Shown: positions 17,242-25,962, counted from the first letter of the stretch. The stretch is 30,280 nucleotides of DNA from an uncultured Bacteriovoracaceae bacterium (GCA_964012805.1 CAXGUD010000042.1:1-30280), one strand, 5' to 3'. Notes: generated from the sequence alone by a model not told the origin. A program made the numbers and translations.

Positions 17242-20154
17242 TTACTCTTTATCGAGTCCCTTTGGAAATTTATCATACCCTATAGATTGCAAATATTTAA
17301 CTAGAGCGTTCATTTGTTTTTCTGGGTCTCCACCAAAAATAGTATCCTCCAAACTTTCTCCTCCTTCCCAGAAGGATGGCATTCTTGTGCCAGGCATAAT
17401 AGTCTGAGGATTTTCAAACCATCTTTTTATCCAAGTTGGTCTTAACCTCAACTTGGAGTAGTGGAGATTAGGAGCTTGAGCTTCTTCACTATTAAAGCCT
17501 CCTGAGTGACAAGAAACACACTCTAAAGCATTCCAAAGTTTTTTAGCTCCTTCCTCTTCTCCAGGCAACCATTCAACTTTTCCGACCCTCTTTACAAAAG
17601 TTTGTCTATTGGCCTTGTATTGGAACCCGGTTACAATTTTATTTATCTGATCATTAGTATAATGATAACTCGGCATTCTAACCTTTAGCCAGGGTCTTAA
17701 GGTATGAACATTGTTTAAGAAATAGTGGAACCAATTGGCACGCACTCTCCATCCTTCACCGTAAAGTCTAGGTGGCCCCTCATTTATATCGTCTTCATAC
17801 AAGGATAGTATATCTCCGCCCCAGAAGTTTTCACCATTTTCGTCATTATATTCGTCTGTCATTTTATGATTAATTTTATGACACCCAATACAATTAAAAT
17901 GGTTAACAACCTTCATGCCTTCAGCCCACTTAGATTCTTCTGGACTTAGGTTTTTTCTTCCTTGAGGAGGAACATAGTCACTTACTTGACCTAAAAGAGC
18001 AGTTGTCATGGAAACAGATTCCTCTTTGGTCATATGGAAGTTCGGCATCATAAGTAGGTCTTTAAAGGCTTTATCTGTCCCTCTATCCCATCTTCTTGGG
18101 TTTAATAAATGAGCTTCAATCCAGGCTTCTCTAGTGTGTTCTACATCATATTCATGTCCAAAGCCGAATTGGTGGACTGCCTTTGAACCAACATTTGTAA
18201 GTTCAGGACCAGGATAGGCTCCACCCAAGGCAGGCCGCTTGAATCCTTCTATGTTGTGGCAAGCATAGCACCCATATTTATTTATTGAACGGCGACCAAG
18301 CTCAACAGTTCTCTCATGATCGCTCATTTTAGCCAGTCTGGCACGTGCCTTCTCTTCAGTATCAAAGGCTGAAAAGTAATCCTTAACAAGAAGATCATCT
18401 CGAACTTTTTTATCTAACTTTTCAAACTTAAGCTCCTCAAACTTTTTATTTTTGAGTGAAAGGATGTAAGCCGTCATATCATTAGCTTCTCTATCAGTTA
18501 GTCTAAAAGAAGGCATAATGGTATCTTTTTGATAGTGTTTAGGTTTCTTAAGCCATGTAACTAGCCAATCACCATTAAGTTTTGATCCAGACCCTTGAAG
18601 CCACGGACCTGCGTAAGCCTTAACTTTCTTCGAAGCTTTTTCCAGACCATCTACGCCGTGGCAGGATAAACAACCGACTTCATAAATAAGCTTTTTTCCT
18701 TTTTCTGGATCACCGCCAGTATACTTCTTGTAGGGTCTATACTCTTTAGATTTATCATATAAATACTCGGCCATAGCGTTAACTTCAGCAATGTTTTTAA
18801 CCATATGCTTTGGCTGCTTATTATTATCTAAATTAAAAAACTGCGGCATATTGGCGTGCTCATTAAAGCTTTTTGGTGCCCATACCCAGTTTTTAATAAA
18901 CTCCTTACTAACTTTGGAGGCGATTTTTGTTAGACTCGGTCCAGGACTTCTTTTGTGCTCCCATCCTTTTATTTTATGGCAACCATAGCAGCCATATTGT
19001 TCAATTTTTCTCCAGCCCTTATTAAGGGTAATTGAACCAGGTATTGCCTCTACGCCCTTATGACATTTGACACAACCAGCTTCAAAGTGCCTTTTAGGAA
19101 ACATTGGCTGAGGAACTTTATGAGGCGGGTGCCAGTTGTATTTCTTTGCCCATTCCTTAGCTTGCTCAGGAGAGTTAGGCGTATGTGAAACTGATTGGAA
19201 ATCATGAACTCTATGCCCTTGACCCTGGTGACAACTCGTACAACCCATCTTTTTTAGTGAGTGTGGTGAATCACTTCCAGCAAATAAATGGAGCCTTGGA
19301 TGAGTCGTAAATGGCTGAGGCTGATCTTCGTAGCCAGGTTTATCGATAAAGGTATGGCACGTGTGGCACCTATCTACTTTGGGAACCTTTTGGAAGTATA
19401 AATCGTCTTTTAAGTTCGGTAAGTGGACCTGCTGAATCTTTATTGTTGGATCTAGCCAGTCGATAATTGGAGCATTTCTAAGTAGCCATACTGGGTTTGT
19501 TAAAGTGTCAGTCTTTTTCTCAGCCATAAGAAGAAGCTTCTTCTTCATGAGCATCTTACCCATTTCTGATTTGACCTTGGTCACTGATTCCGCAAGCCTT
19601 AACAATTTTGTATCGGCAATCTTTTTTTCTGCAGCTATCGCCTTGAGTTTATCTTTCGAATCAGCAAAACCTGCTTTATAGGTTTTAAGCTTTTTCAATA
19701 ATTTTTCAGCTTTCAGCTTGTCCTTAAGTTTACCCGACTCAAGATAATGGGACTGTGCTATCTCATAGTTAAACGTAGTGGCAGATACATTCGCATTAAA
19801 ATCTCCATTAATCATAGTTTGGACTTTAAAACGCTTATTAATATCTGCGATCTCTTCATTTACCTTATCAATCTCTTCTTGATTTAAATCAACAGCCTTT
19901 TGATTAAGAACTAGATCTTTTTCCAACTGAGCTAGCTTCTTTTTATCGATTTTCTTCTCTGCTTCAAGAATATCTTTTTTTATTTTTTCTTTCTTGATGT
20001 CTTGGGCTTTAATTTGCCACCGCTTCCAGGGACGCATATAGTCCTCTAGAAACATCCAGCCTACTGTCACTAAGAGTAAAAAGCTCAGAAAAGCAAAAAC
20101 TTTGTTGAGCTTTTTCATATCATAGGCCATTCCTGGCTCATGCTTTTTTGTCAT
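17242..20154 (-). CDS. membrane-anchored octaheme cytochrome c of the Rieske/cytochrome b complex
   Basis: N-terminal TM helix, long Lys/Glu-rich coiled coil and 8 CxxCH motifs (CHTCH, CTSCH, CVKCH, CYGCH, CLSCH, CYACH, CIGCH, CVSCH). Confidence 0.9.
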   Translation of the reverse strand: MTKKHEPGMAYDMKKLNKVFAFLSFLLLVTVGWMFLEDYMRPWKRWQIKAQDIKKEKIKKDILEAEKKIDKKKLAQLEKDLVLNQKAVDLNQEEIDKVNEEIADINKRFKVQTMINGDFNANVSATTFNYEIAQSHYLESGKLKDKLKAEKLLKKLKTYKAGFADSKDKLKAIAAEKKIADTKLLRLAESVTKVKSEMGKMLMKKKLLLMAEKKTDTLTNPVWLLRNAPIIDWLDPTIKIQQVHLPNLKDDLYFQKVPKVDRCHTCHTFIDKPGYEDQPQPFTTHPRLHLFAGSDSPHSLKKMGCTSCHQGQGHRVHDFQSVSHTPNSPEQAKEWAKKYNWHPPHKVPQPMFPKRHFEAGCVKCHKGVEAIPGSITLNKGWRKIEQYGCYGCHKIKGWEHKRSPGPSLTKIASKVSKEFIKNWVWAPKSFNEHANMPQFFNLDNNKQPKHMVKNIAEVNAMAEYLYDKSKEYRPYKKYTGGDPEKGKKLIYEVGCLSCHGVDGLEKASKKVKAYAGPWLQGSGSKLNGDWLVTWLKKPKHYQKDTIMPSFRLTDREANDMTAYILSLKNKKFEELKFEKLDKKVRDDLLVKDYFSAFDTEEKARARLAKMSDHERTVELGRRSINKYGCYACHNIEGFKRPALGGAYPGPELTNVGSKAVHQFGFGHEYDVEHTREAWIEAHLLNPRRWDRGTDKAFKDLLMMPNFHMTKEESVSMTTALLGQVSDYVPPQGRKNLSPEESKWAEGMKVVNHFNCIGCHKINHKMTDEYNDENGENFWGGDILSLYEDDINEGPPRLYGEGWRVRANWFHYFLNNVHTLRPWLKVRMPSYHYTNDQINKIVTGFQYKANRQTFVKRVGKVEWLPGEEEGAKKLWNALECVSCHSGGFNSEEAQAPNLHYSKLRLRPTWIKRWFENPQTIMPGTRMPSFWEGGESLEDTIFGGDPEKQMNALVKYLQSIGYDKFPKGLDKE

Positions 20155-20236
20155 TCTTTCAACCCTTTTCCCAATTTAGAACTTTATTTTTAAAGTTTAT
20201 CCACACAGTAATAATCTAAAATCATCTAAATCTTGC

Positions 20237-21316
20237 CTACAAGTTTAGCTCGAACTCTGGCATTGCAATCAAGTACTTTAAACTGAATAGCCATCTAAGC
20301 ACCATTTTAATCGGTAAACTCAACATCCCAAGAGCAAGGAATATTAATATAAAGTACCTTATATAACCTATACCTCTAATGAGTTGCTTCCCTTTGTTCG
20401 TGAACATAAACGCGTACGGAAGAACAAACTGGTAAACACCAGCCACTAAAATTCCAGGAAACTCGCGAATAAAAATATTTGAAGGCAAAGCCATATTAAA
20501 CCACTTAATCCAGAAAAATTCTGAAAGGTTAACGTTGTTTTCAGCTACAACCTTGTGAAAATCCCAGTATTCAAATGGTCCGTAAAAAGTCCAGTTGGGC
20601 CCTCTAAGAAAAGTTCCAACAATAATAAGGAATATCCAAAGAACTAGCCAACCATACGACCATAAAAAGATGGCCATTTTCCTCTCAGCAAAAGTGTAAT
20701 AACCGTTCCCTTTAGGGTTTGTATCAATGTAAGGCATCGCCATAAGACCCACAATAATAAGGACTGGGAGCACAACACCGGCCATCCAGGGGTCAAAGTA
20801 AACTAGCATTTCTTGTAAACCTAAAAAGTACCAAGGAGCTTTGGCTGGGTTAGGTGCCCAAGTAGGGTTGGCTGGCTCTTCAAGTGGCGCTTTGAACACA
20901 ATTGCCCAAACCACAAGAAAGACAGTACAGCCAATAATAGCAAATAATTCAGTGTAAACCAGATTAGGCCAGCACCACACTTTCTCTCGCTCTTCAGGAG
21001 TTGCTTCTATCGGTACATCCCCAGCCTCAATCCTCTGGTCATTAACAGAAGCCTTATACAAAGAAAGCCACTGGAAGTAGACGAGCATAACAACCAAAAT
21101 ACTTATTGGGATATTATCAGGCCACAAGATGATGGCGAGAAAGTTGGGGTCAGTACAGGCCCAACCAAATACCGCCAAACTTATTACTGAAAACCAAACC
21201 AGAAATTTCTTTGTACCAACAAAATGGTAATACTTGTACATGAGCACAAATAGAATTGTAACTAAAGGAAAGGAGATAATAGGGTCTGCAAGTTTATTGA
21301 GAAATTCTTTTATCAT
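20237..21316 (-). CDS. petD: cytochrome b C-terminal / subunit IV-like protein with extra TM helices
   Basis: VWCWPNLV, APLEEPANPTWAPNPAKAPWYFLGLQE (PEWY-equivalent) and MPYID. Follows the cytochrome b gene. Confidence 0.85.
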   Translation of the reverse strand: MIKEFLNKLADPIISFPLVTILFVLMYKYYHFVGTKKFLVWFSVISLAVFGWACTDPNFLAIILWPDNIPISILVVMLVYFQWLSLYKASVNDQRIEAGDVPIEATPEEREKVWCWPNLVYTELFAIIGCTVFLVVWAIVFKAPLEEPANPTWAPNPAKAPWYFLGLQEMLVYFDPWMAGVVLPVLIIVGLMAMPYIDTNPKGNGYYTFAERKMAIFLWSYGWLVLWIFLIIVGTFLRGPNWTFYGPFEYWDFHKVVAENNVNLSEFFWIKWFNMALPSNIFIREFPGILVAGVYQFVLPYAFMFTNKGKQLIRGIGYIRYFILIFLALGMLSLPIKMVLRWLFSLKYLIAMPEFELNL

Positions 21317-21372
21317 TTTTTAGCCTCTAAATTAAACTCATGACTAATTTTTTAATTAAACAATTACAACCT

Positions 21373-22164
21373 CTATAAAGGAGCAGATATACCGCCGTCT
21401 TTTCTAATTCTCCAAAAGTGAACTGCCATCAAGACAGAAGCCACAAGAGGAATGAATACGCAATGAAGTATGTAAAATCTAAGAAGCGCTGGTTCACCAA
21501 CGAAACGTCCCGCTAATAACTGAAACCGAACATCATTCTTGTCAGATACCATAACGAAATCACCAATTTGCGCCAACATTGCTCCTGGACCACCGTGACC
21601 TAGGAAAGGAGTTGCCTTCGCCATGTTTGCACCAACAGTAATCGCCCAAATAGCTAGCTGATCCCAAGGAAGTAGATACCCTGTAAAGGAAAGTAGTAGG
21701 GTTAAAGTCAAAAGCAAAACCCCAACACCCCAATTAAACTCTCTAGGTGGTTTATAAGATCCAGTTAAGAAAACACGCATCATATGCAGCCAGGTTGTAA
21801 TAACCATTGCGTGAGCTCCCCATCTGTGAATTTCCCTCATTATTCCCAAGGGCACATGCTCTCTCAAAGCAATGATGTCATTCCAAGCATACTCAGCAGT
21901 AGGCCTGTAGTAAAACATCAATAGAACACCAGTTACGGTGAGAGCCAAAAAAATAAAGAACGTTAATCCACCCATGCACCAAGTGTAACCGAGTTGAACA
22001 CCTGACTTTTTTAATTTGATTGGGTGAAGGTGTAAAAAAACGTTACCAGCAATAATCGCGGCCCTATTTCTAGAGTTATCAGGTGGACCGTGTCGAAAAA
22101 TCGATTTCCACACCTGTGTTTCTCTAACTTTTTGAGCAAAACCCTCTATACCTTTTCCAGCCAT
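21373..22164 (-). CDS. petB: cytochrome b6-like (N-terminal cytochrome b) with heme c_i Cys
   Basis: WCMGG, heme-ligand pairs IHRW...WLHM and ILHC...AVHF, YKPPREFNW and SFTGYLLPWDQ. Confidence 0.94.
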   Translation of the reverse strand: MAGKGIEGFAQKVRETQVWKSIFRHGPPDNSRNRAAIIAGNVFLHLHPIKLKKSGVQLGYTWCMGGLTFFIFLALTVTGVLLMFYYRPTAEYAWNDIIALREHVPLGIMREIHRWGAHAMVITTWLHMMRVFLTGSYKPPREFNWGVGVLLLTLTLLLSFTGYLLPWDQLAIWAITVGANMAKATPFLGHGGPGAMLAQIGDFVMVSDKNDVRFQLLAGRFVGEPALLRFYILHCVFIPLVASVLMAVHFWRIRKDGGISAPL

Positions 22165-22201
22165 AACCGAGTCCTTAAAAAAAATTTGTTTCCTATAATT
22201 T

Positions 22202-22705
22202 TTATACTGGGATAAAAGAGTCAGGATGATCCCATTGACCCTTCTCCTCTCTATATATTTTCGTTTTATCCACCTTGATTTGACCCTCAGGAGTCAGACC
22301 TATCTTATACCTTTCCAAAGGTCTCGGTGCAGGACCTTCAAAGTTAATCCCATTGGCGTAATAACCTGACCCATGGCAAGGGCACTTAAATTTTCTTTCT
22401 GCGGGAAGCCAGTTAGGAATACAGCCGAGATGAGTGCAGATGTTTGAGAGAGCAAAAAGTTTCCCTTCTAACCTTACAATCCAGACACCATATATTTCTT
22501 TCCACCTTTCATCCACGCCTTCAGCATAATCAGCGGTTCCACCTGCAATAAAGTCCATCTCTGGTTCAAAAACTACGTTTGGGTAAGAAAAGCGAAATGC
22601 AAGGCCTAAGAAACCGGCGCAAGCTGCAGTAAATGTTACCCAACCAACAGTAAGATAGCTGAAAAACTCTCTTCGATTTAGACTTGTTTTGGTGTTGTCA
22701 CTCAT
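22202..22705 (-). CDS. petC: Rieske 2Fe-2S protein with Tat signal
   Basis: Twin-arginine LNRREFF, boxes CTHLGC and CPCHGSGY, and GPAPRPL. ATG at 22705 has GAGG upstream; the ORF track starts at 22720. Confidence 0.95.
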   Translation of the reverse strand: MSDNTKTSLNRREFFSYLTVGWVTFTAACAGFLGLAFRFSYPNVVFEPEMDFIAGGTADYAEGVDERWKEIYGVWIVRLEGKLFALSNICTHLGCIPNWLPAERKFKCPCHGSGYYANGINFEGPAPRPLERYKIGLTPEGQIKVDKTKIYREEKGQWDHPDSFIPV

Positions 22706-22844
22706 GAACTTTAACCTCAAATATTAATGTTTAAATGGAAAAAGGCCCCATGATCCGTTTCCATAAAAAAAAGGACAGCATTTCAATTTTTATTTGCCCA
22801 CAAACAAAAAAAGAACAAGCAAGTAATCGTTCCACACAAACCGA

Positions 22845-22871
22845 TTATCGGCTCTCTCCCTCAATTTTTCA
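22845..22871 (-). promoter_or_regulatory. candidate sigma28 (FliA) promoter upstream of the Rieske gene
   Basis: Minus strand TGAA-N15-GCCGATAA, against consensus TAAA-N15-GCCGATAA. The -10 match is perfect and overlaps the palindrome CCGAT-T-ATCGG (22841-22851). Confidence 0.4.
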
Positions 22872-23730
22872 ACAGTTTTAAAACTTCCTTAGCCTGTAGA
22901 GAAACTTTTCCCCCAGATTTTTCCTGGGAAAGTTGTAACAAAGACTTATTTAGAGCTAACCACTTCACCTTTCTAATTGAGTTTAAAACATTAAGCTTCA
23001 AACTCTCAACTTGCCGAGCATCTAAACCATTGCCTTTATTATCTTTGTCAGGCTTTAAACTCAAAATATCCTCCAAAATGGGGACCGCCTTTTGGTTCTT
23101 AAAACTTACTAAAACTCTCGCCGCAGCATATTTAACCCCACGGTTTTCATCATCTAAAAGACCTTCAATCATGCTCTCTGCCTTACCAACTTTATGAGCT
23201 CCCAGAGTTAAAATAGCAGCTTGTTTAATAGCAGTGTCTTTTGATTTTAAAAGGTCCAATATAACTCCCCATTCAATATCCAACTTATCTGTCGACATAT
23301 TTCCAATTGAAGTTAAAGAATGAAATTTCACGTTTTTATCTGAGTCTTTTAGCCCAAGAAGAAGGATCGGGAGAGACTCACGGCTATTCAAAGCCCCTAA
23401 CGCAACAACGATAAAGTCTCTAGTTCTCGGATCTGCCTCAGAAGATTTATAGATATAACCAAGTCTTTTAATTAGTTCGGGAATTTCATCTTTAGGAACC
23501 TGGGATGATGCAATAACTTTTGAAAGTTCATAAGCTGCAACCCATTTATTTCCAAAAGACTTAGACTCCATTTCCCTAACTAAATCTTGATAATTTCGGT
23601 CTGTTGAGAGCATTCTAGTCACGCCAAACACAATGAGCGCACCAACTAACACAATAGCCAATGGGACCATCAAACCACTGACTGCAGGGTTTTTATCAAT
23701 TAATTTTTTATCCTCATATTCAGTTGTCAT
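22861..23730 (-). CDS. membrane-anchored HEAT/PBS-lyase repeat protein
   Basis: One N-terminal TM helix, then repeats such as DPRTRDFIVVALG, DKNVKFHSLTSIG, DTAIKQAAILTLG and ENRGVKYAAARVL. Confidence 0.8.
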   Translation of the reverse strand: MTTEYEDKKLIDKNPAVSGLMVPLAIVLVGALIVFGVTRMLSTDRNYQDLVREMESKSFGNKWVAAYELSKVIASSQVPKDEIPELIKRLGYIYKSSEADPRTRDFIVVALGALNSRESLPILLLGLKDSDKNVKFHSLTSIGNMSTDKLDIEWGVILDLLKSKDTAIKQAAILTLGAHKVGKAESMIEGLLDDENRGVKYAAARVLVSFKNQKAVPILEDILSLKPDKDNKGNGLDARQVESLKLNVLNSIRKVKWLALNKSLLQLSQEKSGGKVSLQAKEVLKLLKN

Positions 23731-23838
23731 AGGCTTTCACTTACTTAATGTTAAAAACAATAGACACATCCGCTTATAAAAGTTATGGGGAAGCAATAGC
23801 AAATATGGATTATATTGACTAGTATAATCTGATAATTG

Positions 23839-23874
23839 AAAGAGAGCGATACATTAAAATCGACTCTCTTTTTT
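23839..23874 (+). promoter_or_regulatory. terminator-like hairpin plus U-tract directly before an RBS
   Basis: AAAGAGAG-CGAT / ATCG-A-CTCTCTTT stem with an 8-nt loop. The T-run ends at 23874, followed by GGAGG (23875-79) and ATG at 23884. Confidence 0.45.
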
Positions 23875-23883
23875 GGAGGCAGC

Positions 23884-24429
23884 ATGGCTTACCTATTACG
23901 AACACTAAACCTTCTCATGATAACTGGCATTTTGATTACCGTTGGAAGTGCTTTTGGTTTAGTAAACTTTTCTATGAGCCATATTCAACTAGCCATTCCA
24001 GTTTTCATATACACCATATTTACTCAGGCTTTTGTTATGTTTTACTTCATAGGTGTTTCGCGTTTAACAGATAACGTTTACTTCATTCTAAGTAGCGAAA
24101 AAAACCTAAATGAATTATTTGAAACACCGCCAGCAGACCTGATGCCATATAAGAAAAAAGTTTATCAGTTCTCTCAGGAAGCAACCAGAGGAAAAAGGCA
24201 AACAATACCTTGGACAATGCTTATACTAACATTAGGAACACTTGGCTTTTTGCTGGGTGGAGCCCACGACACAGGTCTTGTGTCAAAGACAACCCACTCA
24301 GGAGTTGTCTATGGTTTCCTCGCCGCAACAGGAATAGGCTTTGCTCGCCAATGGTATTACCTAGGAAAGAGTCATCTACTCTTAAGAAAGCTTAAGACAC
24401 AATTTTCTTTGCCTGATGATGCTATGTAA
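23884..24429 (+). CDS. hypothetical four-TM membrane protein with His residues at helix ends
   Basis: Four hydrophobic segments, FVMFYFIG motif, His in MSHIQ, GAHDTG and TTHSG. GGAGG RBS before ATG at 23884. Confidence 0.75.
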   Translation: MAYLLRTLNLLMITGILITVGSAFGLVNFSMSHIQLAIPVFIYTIFTQAFVMFYFIGVSRLTDNVYFILSSEKNLNELFETPPADLMPYKKKVYQFSQEATRGKRQTIPWTMLILTLGTLGFLLGGAHDTGLVSKTTHSGVVYGFLAATGIGFARQWYYLGKSHLLLRKLKTQFSLPDDAM

Positions 24430-24436
24430 CAACAAG

Positions 24437-25756
24437 TTAAAGATTTTTAATCCATATGAAGACTTTATTTTTTCCAGGGGGATTTTTACCTCGAGTTCGA
24501 GTTTCATAAAGAATCGCTTCGTCTAAGTCCATTACCTGAGCCAGGAACTCCTTTAAATAATCTCTTGGTACAAAAATATTATAATAAATCCCTCCAGGCA
24601 CATTTTGCCCAGGCTTAACATTGTCTACTTGAGTCACATTATACTTCTTCAATAATTCGTTAAGTTTTTGACTTGAAACATTAGGGTCCACTGACTTCAT
24701 CATAACGCGGAAAACTTTTTTATTTCCAAAACGTGTATCTCTATTGTTATTCTTCCTAAACTCTTCGTATTTAGAGTGTTCCAAATTGGCTATATCAAAA
24801 TCCTTAGGAAGAGAATCCCAAGAGGTTAATACTACCTCAGACTCGGTTCCAAACCCATCCTCAACTTCTTCTTCAAAATCTCTTATTCCTTCCATTTCAG
24901 AAACTTTATCTAAGTCCCTCTCATTCAGTTCAAAGTTTTTAACATTCTTGTCTGAGTCACTCCTGAAGCTCAGAGTCTTTTCCGTCCGCTTATACTGTGG
25001 CTCATAAACCTTCATTTGGTCTGCTAAATAACCTTCATACCAAATATTAAGTTCCTTAACTCCAATAACTAAAATAAAACCAACCGCAAGGATTCCAACA
25101 ATATCTTTTAAGAAAATAAAGTGGTTTTTTAAAGAAGCTCTTGCTTTTATTTTTCCAAGGTTAAAATGAGAATAATAAAGATCTTTTCTCATTTTTTTTA
25201 AAAAGATTGCCCATTCCTCATAAAGGGTGACTTCCATTGAAGGCATTATCTCATCATCTTGGCTTCCTTGGACCTCTGCTTGTAAGTTCAATTCATTTTT
25301 AATTGTTTCGTAAGATATCTCTAGATTTTGAGACGCGACATTTCCTATTTGAAAAATCGCTCCAAAATAGTCGTGATAATGAGGCAAGGCACCAAGAAAG
25401 AAGTTTCTGAGAACACTAGCAAGAATAGGAAGCGGAATCCCAGACTCTACCGACAAATCGTGAAGACTTACATCCTTGTAAATAAAAGTGAAGCTTAAAA
25501 ACTTTTCCCGAACCCAATTGAACCATGTGGTCAAAGGCCCTATTTCTATTTCTCTTTGCGCAAATTCAAACCTCTCCAAAACCTGCTTTAAAGAAAGTCC
25601 ATTGATAAAGAAGATTTTCCAAAAATCGTCGAATTCTTCATTAAATTTTCCCTGCCAAGTTACTTCAAGTATATTAAGCCTTAACCATGACCTAAAAGAG
25701 AAAAAGTCCTCGTCTGAAAAAATAATTTGTTCCATTGACTCTTCGTGAACGCTCAA
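24437..25756 (-). CDS. hypothetical single-pass membrane protein
   Basis: 439-aa ORF, TTG start with AGGA upstream, central TM helix (IVGILAVGFILVIGV). No family recognised. Confidence 0.7.
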   Translation of the reverse strand: MSVHEESMEQIIFSDEDFFSFRSWLRLNILEVTWQGKFNEEFDDFWKIFFINGLSLKQVLERFEFAQREIEIGPLTTWFNWVREKFLSFTFIYKDVSLHDLSVESGIPLPILASVLRNFFLGALPHYHDYFGAIFQIGNVASQNLEISYETIKNELNLQAEVQGSQDDEIMPSMEVTLYEEWAIFLKKMRKDLYYSHFNLGKIKARASLKNHFIFLKDIVGILAVGFILVIGVKELNIWYEGYLADQMKVYEPQYKRTEKTLSFRSDSDKNVKNFELNERDLDKVSEMEGIRDFEEEVEDGFGTESEVVLTSWDSLPKDFDIANLEHSKYEEFRKNNNRDTRFGNKKVFRVMMKSVDPNVSSQKLNELLKKYNVTQVDNVKPGQNVPGGIYYNIFVPRDYLKEFLAQVMDLDEAILYETRTRGKNPPGKNKVFIWIKNL

Positions 25757-25850
25757 TTTTTTAACATCCTTAACTATTGTTTTATAAGTTTTTCAAAGCC
25801 CTTAAAGCTATTCTAGACCCCTGAAGAAACCTTTTCCAGATCTAAAAATA

Positions 25851-25891
25851 AATCTTATTAGGAAAAAGGGAGATTTTTTCCTAATAAGATT
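25851..25891. repeat. perfect 17-bp inverted repeat with 7-nt spacer
   Basis: AATCTTATTAGGAAAAA-gggagat-TTTTTCCTAATAAGATT, in a divergent intergenic region. Confidence 0.9.
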
Positions 25892-25962
25892 CGCAACCAC
25901 CGAAAAGATATAATTTAAAGGGGTGACTTCATTAAAAACCCCTGAAAGGGATAGGTCCGTTT

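Noticed and set aside
17242..22705. Alternative complex III or HAO-like octaheme
   Set aside because: No ActB/ActC-like genes are present, whereas a true Rieske protein and cytochrome b are. The octaheme is built largely of His/Met class-I repeats, unlike HAO.
22818..22834. sigma54-like TGGAACG...TTGC upstream of the Rieske gene (minus strand)
   Set aside because: The GG-to-GC spacing is 11 nt rather than the strictly required 10.
25880..25906. sigma28-like element (ACCGAAAA) before the coiled-coil/FliG-C genes
   Set aside because: The -10 match is imperfect and no TAAA lies at the 15-nt spacing.
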